DNA of 44,665 nucleotides, from positions 1 through 44,665 of the forward strand of contig JAURFH010000003.1 of NCBI GenBank assembly GCA_030834415.1, written 5' to 3'. Under the pieces are notes generated by a model, which was not told the DNA's origin, ran no database searches, and saw only the letters and a list, made by a program, of their open reading frames with translations. This DNA is from Verrucomicrobiota bacterium (GTDB taxonomy: Bacteria > Verrucomicrobiota > Verrucomicrobiia > Limisphaerales > JAEYXS01). Shown one piece after another: positions 37,469-44,665 of this stretch. Both the position numbers and the translations under genes were made by a program. Position 1 is the first letter of the stretch. The number at the start of each line of letters is the position of its first letter.

Positions 37469-38608
37469 ATGGAAACCACTTCAACCGCTCCCGCGCTCAA
37501 GGCACGTTACATCATGATCGGCGGCTTTCTCGGGGCCGGGAAGACCACTTCGGTGCTCAAGCTGGCGCACTGGCTGGACGATAATCTGGGACTACGGGTG
37601 GGGCTGATCGACAACGACCAAGGCAGCCAACTGGTGGATACGGCCTTGCTCGCCTCGCAAGATTTTGAAGTGGAAGAGATCTCGGGCGGATGTTTCTGCT
37701 GCCGGTTCAATTCACTGGTGGAGGCGGCGAACCGCCTGACCGAGCGCACTTTACCGGAGGTTTTCATCGCGGAACCGGTGGGCAGTTGCACCGACCTGGT
37801 AGCCACCGTCACGTATCCGCTGCGCCGCATGTATGGCGAGGATTACACCATCGCCCCGCTCAGTGTGCTAGTGGACCCCATCCGGGCAGCGCGTGTGCTC
37901 GGCCTGGAGCAAGGCAGCCGCTTCTCGGAGAAGGTGGAGTATATCTACCGCAAGCAACTGGAAGAGGCGGACATCATCGTCATCAACAAGAGCGACCTAC
38001 TCTCCCCGGAGAAGCTGGATGTATTGAGCAAAACCCTGGCGGAAAAGTATCCCCTGGCCAAGGTCATGATGATCTCTGCGCGCACGGGAGAAGGACTGGA
38101 AGAATGGTTCAAGGAACTGACGGAGACCACCCAGACACCTCGCGCGGTGATGAGCGTGGACTATGAAGTGTATGCGGATGGGGAAGCGCTCTTGGGCTGG
38201 CTGAATGCCGCCTACACGTTGAAGACCAAGACCGGGGTGGATGCTAACGAATTGCTGCGGCAACTGGCCGAGACAGTGCGCCGGAAACTCATCACGGCCG
38301 GAGGCGAAGTGGCGCATTTCAAGATGACGCTGGAACCGGAGGATGGTCTGGGTGAACTGGCGGTGCTGAATCTGGTACGGAATGATTACGTGCCGGAACT
38401 TTCTATGGAACTGGAGGAGCCGTTCACGGATGCGCACCTGACCATCAATATGCGAGCGGAAGCAGCACCTGAAGCCTTACAATCACTACTGGCCGAAGCG
38501 GTGGCAGAGACATTGGCAGGATTTGCGGGACTGACGAGCACGCAGGAACATCTCGAAGCGTTCCGTCCTGGCAAGCCGCAGCCCACGCACCGGGATACGA
38601 CGATTTAG
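37469..38608 (+). CDS. CobW/COG0523-like G3E P-loop GTPase (metallochaperone)
   Basis: GGFLGAGKTT, NDQG, GGCFCC (CxCC), AEPVGSCTD, KQLEEAD.IVINK.D and SA.TGEG motifs. Confidence 0.88.
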   Translation: METTSTAPALKARYIMIGGFLGAGKTTSVLKLAHWLDDNLGLRVGLIDNDQGSQLVDTALLASQDFEVEEISGGCFCCRFNSLVEAANRLTERTLPEVFIAEPVGSCTDLVATVTYPLRRMYGEDYTIAPLSVLVDPIRAARVLGLEQGSRFSEKVEYIYRKQLEEADIIVINKSDLLSPEKLDVLSKTLAEKYPLAKVMMISARTGEGLEEWFKELTETTQTPRAVMSVDYEVYADGEALLGWLNAAYTLKTKTGVDANELLRQLAETVRRKLITAGGEVAHFKMTLEPEDGLGELAVLNLVRNDYVPELSMELEEPFTDAHLTINMRAEAAPEALQSLLAEAVAETLAGFAGLTSTQEHLEAFRPGKPQPTHRDTTI

Positions 38609-38614
38609 TTCGAC

Positions 38615-39355
38615 TCATTCGCGCTTCTTCTCGGTAGACAGGCCGAGCATCCAGGCCTTCACGAAGAATCCCAATATCACACCGCCCGCGAAGACGAGCC
38701 AGAACACTGCTGGTCCTTTCGCCGGAATGCCTGAGGGGAAGTTCATCCCGAACAGGCTGGTGATGGCGGTCAGCGGCAAAAAGAGCGCCGCCAAGATGTT
38801 CAAGCGGTGACTGGCTTGCAAAGCCTCTTTGCCCAGACGCGCCTGTTCCTCAGATTCCCGGGCCGTCTTGTAATCGATGGCGTTGCGCACGTCTTGCAGG
38901 AGCAGATCCATATTGCGGTCTGATTCATACGCCAGGTCGCGGACATCGATGAGGGCGGTGTCACTCTTCACCGCTTCGCGCGCATGTTGCAAAGCGTGAT
39001 GCATATTCCGCGCGGCGCGAGCGAGCGGAGTGAGGGCTTCCACCAAGTCAAACAACTGCCCGGCACTCATGGCCAGATCATACTCCTTGGACAGCCTGGC
39101 CTCGATATCCATGTAGGATTGGACGTGCGTCTTCAGCGAACCCAGACCCGGACCACCGGTACTGCTCTGCCATTCACCGGCAGGGCTGCGCCAGTAAAGC
39201 ACGCCCTCGCGATTATCCTGATCGGGTCCCGGTGGCTTGTGTAAAACGATGAGCAAGTGTCCCTCCTCCGCGATGGCACGCTGGCGGCCATAGCTGGCCT
39301 GGCCCAGACGTTTACGGATCGATTCCGGCAGCTTCCAATTCGGGGGTGTGATCAT
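38615..39355 (-). CDS. Short CorA-family divalent cation transporter-like protein
   Basis: C-terminal LNILAALFLPLTAITSLFGMNF (GMN signature) plus a second TM helix, preceded by a helical region. Confidence 0.75.
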   Translation of the reverse strand: MITPPNWKLPESIRKRLGQASYGRQRAIAEEGHLLIVLHKPPGPDQDNREGVLYWRSPAGEWQSSTGGPGLGSLKTHVQSYMDIEARLSKEYDLAMSAGQLFDLVEALTPLARAARNMHHALQHAREAVKSDTALIDVRDLAYESDRNMDLLLQDVRNAIDYKTARESEEQARLGKEALQASHRLNILAALFLPLTAITSLFGMNFPSGIPAKGPAVFWLVFAGGVILGFFVKAWMLGLSTEKKRE

Positions 39356-39544
39356 AACCTTGTCTCCATGTTTGATTTACCCCAGTAGAGTGGCCCCTAG
39401 TCTTGTCTGGCGCAATGCGAAAGCAGCTACAACGGCCGTCGGATTGTGTAGTAGCCTGTGAATTCGCGTTGATAGATGCTGAATGAATCATCTGGCCGTT
39501 TTCCACTTGCTCAATCGACCTGCTCCATCTGAAATCAGCGCCGC

Positions 39545-40864
39545 ATGAATCCCACTTCGATCCGTCTGTTCTGTCTGGCCGCCGCGCTGTTTATCGGTGG
39601 CCCATTGAGCCTCAGCGCACAAGACAAGCAACCCGCCACCAAGTATGTCCTGTCGGTGGATACCGATCATCCGAACGCGCTCTATAAACAGGGTGAAACG
39701 GTGTCCTTCAAGCTGGCGTTAGAATTCGCAGAACAGCCGGTCAGTGATGTGGAGATCGCCTGGACCATCAGCAAAGACGGCGTGCCTCCGATCATATCAG
39801 GCAAAGCGAAGTTGGTGAACGGCAAAGCTACCGTCAGCGGGCAATTGGATGAACCGGGCTTCCTCATCTGCCGTGCGACGTATGTGACGAACAAGACCAG
39901 CGTCACAGCTTTGGGCGGAGCCGGTTTCGACCCAGAAAAGATCAAACCCAGCATGCCGGTGCCGGATGATTTCGACACCTTCTGGCAGGCCAAGAAGACG
40001 GAACTGGCGAAAATCCCGATGGACGCCAAGTTGACGCCGGTTAAGTCCACCAGCAAGGACGTGGAGAGCTTCGATCTGCAACTCGGCAGCATCGGCGCTC
40101 CGGTGTCTGGTTACTTCGCACGGCCTATCGGAGCCAAGCCGAAGAGTCTGCCCGTCATCCTCACTGTGCATGGTGCAGGTGTGCGTAGTTCCAGCCTCGG
40201 CGGTCCTGTTGGTTGGGCCAAGCAAGGTTTGCTGGCGTTGGACATCAACGCGCACGGTTTACCTAATGGCAACCCAGATAAGTACTACAGCGATCTCGCC
40301 AATGGAGAGCTGAAAGATTACCGCACGCGTGGTAATGATTCCCGGGACACCATCTATTTCCTTGGCATGTATCTGCGCCTCGTCCGCGCCCTCGATTTCC
40401 TCACCGCCCAGCCAGAATGGGACGGGCGCACAGTGGTGGTGTATGGTAGCAGCCAAGGTGGGGCCCAAGCCATCGCCGCTGCGGGCTTGGACAAGCGGGT
40501 GACCTTCATCGCTGCCGGTGTGCCCGCGATGTGCGATCATACGGGAGCAGTCGTCAATCGTATCAGTGGCTGGCCCAAGATCGTGCCCACTGGCGCCGAT
40601 GGTAAACCCGATGCCAAAGCACTTGCGGCTGCGCGTTATTTTGACGGCATGAATTTCGCCACTCGCACAAAAGCGGGAGCCATCTTCACCGTCGGCTTCA
40701 TCGACAGCACCTGTCCGCCCAGCAGCGTCTTTGCCACCTACAACAATTACAGCGGGAAAAAAGCCATCTACCACGACATCAAGGCCGGACATACCAATAC
40801 CCCCAAGGCTTCGGCAGCAATGCGTAATGCCGTGCTTCAGCACCTGAAGGACCAGCAACACTAA
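39545..40864 (+). CDS. Secreted acetylxylan esterase/cephalosporin deacetylase-like (CE7/AXE1) hydrolase
   Basis: Signal peptide; P.DFD.FW, RALDFL...PEWDG, GSSQGG, GF.D.TCPPSSVFA.YN and GH motifs. Confidence 0.85.
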   Translation: MNPTSIRLFCLAAALFIGGPLSLSAQDKQPATKYVLSVDTDHPNALYKQGETVSFKLALEFAEQPVSDVEIAWTISKDGVPPIISGKAKLVNGKATVSGQLDEPGFLICRATYVTNKTSVTALGGAGFDPEKIKPSMPVPDDFDTFWQAKKTELAKIPMDAKLTPVKSTSKDVESFDLQLGSIGAPVSGYFARPIGAKPKSLPVILTVHGAGVRSSSLGGPVGWAKQGLLALDINAHGLPNGNPDKYYSDLANGELKDYRTRGNDSRDTIYFLGMYLRLVRALDFLTAQPEWDGRTVVVYGSSQGGAQAIAAAGLDKRVTFIAAGVPAMCDHTGAVVNRISGWPKIVPTGADGKPDAKALAAARYFDGMNFATRTKAGAIFTVGFIDSTCPPSSVFATYNNYSGKKAIYHDIKAGHTNTPKASAAMRNAVLQHLKDQQH

Positions 40865-40941
40865 GCCGGAAAGCAGGTCTTTTACACGAAAACATCTTTT
40901 CGGATTGAGCCGGAAGGCCGGAACTGCTAACCGAACCGGCT

Positions 40942-41460
40942 GTGGCGAAGAAAAAGCTCAAACCCATGACGACTGAAACCTCCGTCGATGCCTCCCGGGT
41001 GGAGGTGCGCAAGTCTGGCATCCATGACACCGGCTGCTTTGCCGCCTGCGACATCCGCAAGGGTGAACGCGTGATCGAATACGTCGGCCCCCTCCTCAGC
41101 AAGGCCGAGTCCCTGAACCAGTGCGAGAGCGGCAATGTCTATGTGTTCACCTTGAACGATAAGCATGACATCAACGGCAACGTAGAGTGGAACCCCGCCC
41201 GCTTCATCAACCACAGTTGCGAGCCGAACTGTGAATCAGAGAATGATGATGAGCACATCTGGATTCTGGCCATCAAGGATATCAAGGCCGGGGAGGAGCT
41301 GACTTACAACTACGGCTTTGATCTGGAAGAATACAAGGACTACCCCTGCAACTGCGGTGCCGCGAGCTGTGTGGGTTACATGGTCGCCGTGGAATACTTC
41401 GACCACGCCCGCAAATATCGTGAGCTGCAACGCCAGACCGCAGCGGAAGTGACGGCCTGA
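40942..41460 (+). CDS. SET-domain protein-lysine methyltransferase with post-SET
   Basis: S.IH..G.FA, IEYVG, ARFINHSCEPNC, I.AGEELTYNY and C.CGA..C.G motifs. Confidence 0.92.
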   Translation: MAKKKLKPMTTETSVDASRVEVRKSGIHDTGCFAACDIRKGERVIEYVGPLLSKAESLNQCESGNVYVFTLNDKHDINGNVEWNPARFINHSCEPNCESENDDEHIWILAIKDIKAGEELTYNYGFDLEEYKDYPCNCGAASCVGYMVAVEYFDHARKYRELQRQTAAEVTA

Positions 41461-41467
41461 GCGGAGT

Positions 41468-43831
41468 CTATTCCCCGCCTTCCTTGACCGTAGCCGGACT
41501 GGCCGCAAGCGACGGATTTCGCATCTTACCCAGCAGACGCTGCGCCTCGGCCAACAGGAAATCCGTTTCCGTAAACGGCTCGTAACTGATGTCCTGCCAG
41601 CGGACTTCTCCAGCACCATCGATGAGGAAGGTGCCGTGCAAAGGTTGCGCTTCAAAATCATCGTACGCCCGGTAGGCCTTGAACACCTGCAACGACTTGT
41701 CCGAGAGCAAGGGAAAGGGGAACCCGCCGTTAGTAGAGGCTTTCTTAGCCGTCTCCTTCAGGCCATCCACCGAATCCGTGCTGATGGCCACCAATGAGAT
41801 GCCATGCCGGGCAAACTCTTCGGTCATGGGCGCGAAGGCCACAAGCTGTTCGATGCAATGCGGACAGCCATGTCCCAGATAGAATATGACAATCACCGGC
41901 TTGCCTTTGTAGTGCCGCAACGCCTGCTGCCGGTTCTCGGCATCCGGGAGAGACCATGCTGGGGCCGATGTCGGTTCCCATCGGAATGGCCCGAGTGAAG
42001 CCAGACTTGGACGCTTTCCAAAATCAGCCGGTCGTTTCAGGTCCGGCCGCCAGTCCGTCCCCAGTTTCAAATCTGCCGCCACGGGCTTCAAACGTTGAAA
42101 TACCGGTGCGGTAAGATCGATTTCGGCTCCAAGCTCACGCAGTCGAAAAAACGCGTCGTAGGCTTCTTTCCACTGGCCGTTCCGGTGGGCGATATCCACG
42201 TAATGCGCCAAAGGCTGCACCTGATTGGTCGCTCCCTTCACGGCTTCCAGCGCCAGTTGTTCCGCCTTCTTGGTGTCGCCCAGCAGCCATTCGATCTGGG
42301 ACAGGCGTTCCTTTGGTAAATCTTTTGCCCGGGCGAAAGCCTCGCGAGCCCCTTTGGCATCACCGGCTTTCAAGGCCACCCACCCCTGCAACTCCGCGAT
42401 GGCATTGTCCACGGCGACAATCCGGCTGTCCGCCTTAGGAGCGGCCTTGGCCTTTTGCTTGCCGGCGTCACCCGCTTTTTTCTCCTCTTCCGCGGACGAT
42501 TCGTCCTCCGTTTTCTTGATATCTTTCTTGGCGCTCTTTTTGACCTCGTCTTCGATCTGCGGCTTGAGCCGTTCCAACGCTGCGAGCCGAGCCTTGCCAG
42601 CGGCGATATCATCCAGATTGAACTCCGCTGTGCCCAGTCCGCGCAGACGGCGCACCTCCTGGTCTTTATTATCCAAGGGTTCGAGATAAGTGGTCTGACC
42701 CAAGGAGGCCAGTTCCTTCCACATCTCGTAGCGGACCAGAGTTTCTATCAGCCGCTGGTGGCCGTAATTCGCGCTGCCTTTGCTCAGGGTGTTGTATTTC
42801 GGGTGACGCGGCAGCTCGATCATGTTCTTTGCCAGATCCACGGCCCGGTCCGCAGCGCCGATGAAATTGAGATTGCGGATGAGCCACTCGTTGTTGTGCG
42901 CGAAGTTATGGATCTGATCCGGCATCACGCGGTTTTTCATCATGTAAGCGTGATCCGTCCGTGCGCTGGCCTCCTGCTGCCAGGCCGCATCCGAATAACG
43001 GTGCAGCTTGGAATAGGTGTGACCGCTCATGTGCCACATATGCGCGGTATCCGGCTCCGTGAAGCCGTTGCGCGCCGCAGAGTTCAAGGCATTGGTCGCC
43101 GTCTTGGCGTCATCCCACAAGTGGATGCGGTAGTGGTGCACCGGGTGCAAAGGCTCGGCGGCCAACACAGTGTTGAGCATCTTCTCCACCTTCTGTTTGT
43201 CGCCCATGGGCACACCCTTGCTGTTATTCTCCCAATACTGCAGGGCGCAGAAGGCTTTCGCCTCGATGTCATCCGGCCATTGTGCGACCAGCTTCTCCAG
43301 CGCAGCCTGATAATCTTTCCGGCGCTGCTTGTCATCGCGCTTGTCTTCCTTGCGGTATTCGGCCAGCGCTCCGATCCACTGGCGCTCGCGCTCGCTGACC
43401 AACGGCATAAGAAAAACGGCCTTATCGATGAAGCCACGAGCCCGCTTGGCATTGTTCACATTGGCCATCGCCATACCCCAGTATGCCGTGGCGCAATCTG
43501 GATCCAGCAGCGCTGCCTGCCGGAAAGAACGCTCGGCTTCGAAATACCAAAAGCCGTGCAGTTGCCCGATACCCTGATCAAAAAACTTCTGGGCCTTCGC
43601 AGACTTGGTGGTGATGGGAAAATGGACCCTTCCTGTCTGGCCCATCAAAAATGCCTTCTGCCGTGGTCCCTCGTTGAAGGCATCACCGTGCATGGAGTGA
43701 CCTGCCAGCGGCCCGCTCTCCTCCTCGGCGGCAAATGATGCCACAAGCGGCAGGCACAATACCATGCCGGCCAAAATCACCCGACGACAGAACTTCCCGT
43801 CAAACGCTGAAAAAGGCATATCGCTCATCAT
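41468..43831 (-). CDS. Exported TPR-like protein fused to a C-terminal AhpC/TSA redoxin domain
   Basis: Signal-like N-terminus; AQKFFDQG..LHGFWY.EAERSF, HHYRIH, HMWHMSGH; C-terminal FYLGHGCPHCIEQL, AISTD, FPLLSD and HGTFLID motifs. Confidence 0.85.
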   Translation of the reverse strand: MMSDMPFSAFDGKFCRRVILAGMVLCLPLVASFAAEEESGPLAGHSMHGDAFNEGPRQKAFLMGQTGRVHFPITTKSAKAQKFFDQGIGQLHGFWYFEAERSFRQAALLDPDCATAYWGMAMANVNNAKRARGFIDKAVFLMPLVSERERQWIGALAEYRKEDKRDDKQRRKDYQAALEKLVAQWPDDIEAKAFCALQYWENNSKGVPMGDKQKVEKMLNTVLAAEPLHPVHHYRIHLWDDAKTATNALNSAARNGFTEPDTAHMWHMSGHTYSKLHRYSDAAWQQEASARTDHAYMMKNRVMPDQIHNFAHNNEWLIRNLNFIGAADRAVDLAKNMIELPRHPKYNTLSKGSANYGHQRLIETLVRYEMWKELASLGQTTYLEPLDNKDQEVRRLRGLGTAEFNLDDIAAGKARLAALERLKPQIEDEVKKSAKKDIKKTEDESSAEEEKKAGDAGKQKAKAAPKADSRIVAVDNAIAELQGWVALKAGDAKGAREAFARAKDLPKERLSQIEWLLGDTKKAEQLALEAVKGATNQVQPLAHYVDIAHRNGQWKEAYDAFFRLRELGAEIDLTAPVFQRLKPVAADLKLGTDWRPDLKRPADFGKRPSLASLGPFRWEPTSAPAWSLPDAENRQQALRHYKGKPVIVIFYLGHGCPHCIEQLVAFAPMTEEFARHGISLVAISTDSVDGLKETAKKASTNGGFPFPLLSDKSLQVFKAYRAYDDFEAQPLHGTFLIDGAGEVRWQDISYEPFTETDFLLAEAQRLLGKMRNPSLAASPATVKEGGE

Positions 43832-43979
43832 CCTCCACTTTATCCGCGCAGCAAGCTTGAATCTCCTCCATTCCTGTCTCTACATGAAACACCGGCGGCA
43901 CCGCACTCGCCCTCCTTCTTCTTGGTCTGCATTTGTGATTTCCCTCCTTTCTTTCTGTTTCCTCCAAATTTCAAAACAC

Positions 43980-44665
43980 CTAGCGCGCGGTAGATGTCGG
44001 CCTGGTCGTCGGGGCCAGATTCCGCATCCAGTACCCGCCGCGCGATTGGTAGCTCTTAAACCCTTTTTCACCCAATGTTTCTTGCAGTGTTTTTTCCGCC
44101 AACGTCCTCATCTCGGTCAGTGCCTGTTGCCGGTGTTCGGAGGTGAGGTTTTGATCGTTCCGTACCTGGGTTGCCTGTTTTTCGATGGCTTCCTTCATGT
44201 CATAGACCTTGCCCGCAGTTTCCTTAGGAAGCCCGGAGCGCTGGGCCAGGCGGTAAAGCTCCTGATACTGGTAATCCTTGGCCCGGGTGTATTCCTTGTA
44301 ACGGTCTTCGCCCAGCAGTTTCTTATATTCCTCATCCTTAAGCTTGTTCGCATCGGCCCATCGCTTCTGCTCCACGGGATCATCCGGGTCCGGGCCGCCA
44401 TAGCGGTAACGCCCGATGGTGTCGGCGAACTGGTCTTCCACCTTGAAGAGCGTGCGAAATTCCTGCTCCGAGGGTTCAAAAGCCTGCAAGCTCCACTTCA
44501 TCTGCTGGGCGACCTGTGAATTGCGCAACTTGTATTCTTCCATCTCCTGCGGCGTCAGTAACTTCGCCAGTTCCGCCTCGCGCTGCTTGTTGATGGCCTC
44601 CATCTCAGCCATGCGTTCTTCCCCATAGTACTCTTTGTATTTCTGATACATGGCCTGTTCCATAT
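43980..44665 (-). CDS. Hypothetical helical protein, 3' part (probably starts outside the window)
   Basis: Open frame runs to the window edge; E/K/Q/R-rich helices with repeated LLT.QE.EEY.LR / LLGEDRY.EY.R / LGE.GF..Y units. Confidence 0.7.
   Translation of the reverse strand, partial: MEQAMYQKYKEYYGEERMAEMEAINKQREAELAKLLTPQEMEEYKLRNSQVAQQMKWSLQAFEPSEQEFRTLFKVEDQFADTIGRYRYGGPDPDDPVEQKRWADANKLKDEEYKKLLGEDRYKEYTRAKDYQYQELYRLAQRSGLPKETAGKVYDMKEAIEKQATQVRNDQNLTSEHRQQALTEMRTLAEKTLQETLGEKGFKSYQSRGGYWMRNLAPTTRPTSTAR

Noticed and set aside
39356-39544. Possible riboswitch upstream of the CorA-like gene (TGC-GAAA-GCA mini-hairpin, weak GCTACA/TGTAGT pairing)
   Set aside because: No match to riboswitch consensus that I recognise; the hairpins are weak and the region is explained by divergent promoter-like elements and an SD.
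1-44665. Selenocysteine read-through, programmed frameshifts or pseudogenes
   Set aside because: The recognised proteins appear full length with Cys at catalytic positions; no split genes were seen.

Overview
A 44.7-kb, gene-dense, GC-rich bacterial chromosomal segment. The gene content (DUF1553/DUF1501 modules, planctomycete-type cytochrome domains, SET protein, DUF4412 paralogs) points to the PVC superphylum, most likely Verrucomicrobia; this is an inference. No rRNA, tRNA, CRISPR, transposase or prophage was seen. Left to right: the 3' end of aspartokinase; two DUF4412-like secreted paralogs; a candidate minus-strand small RNA with GGUU repeats; a beta-CASP nuclease; a heavy-metal RND locus (His/RPPP leader ORF, hairpin, CzcC, CzcA, LTA-synthase-like sulfatase, no membrane-fusion protein); a ~16-kb minus-strand block headed by an apparently autoregulated, leaderless GntR/FadR gene (two DUF1553+DUF1501 modules with permuted-looking discoidin inserts, an orphan PotD-like protein, an esterase, a Tat PhoD-like phosphatase, a CxxCH protein); a cupin plus a stand-alone IF2_N-like protein; a divergent GcvH-like / cysteine desulfurase pair; a receiver protein; ileS; a holin-IV family membrane protein; FIST-trmB; ald; an ArsR / CobW-like / CorA-like group; a CE7-like esterase; a SET protein; a TPR-redoxin fusion; and a partial hypothetical gene. 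The best candidates for undescribed biology are the arrest-peptide-like leader in front of the MFP-less czcCA, the GGUU sRNA, and the double DUF1553/DUF1501 operon. All family calls come from motif recognition by eye, not from searches.
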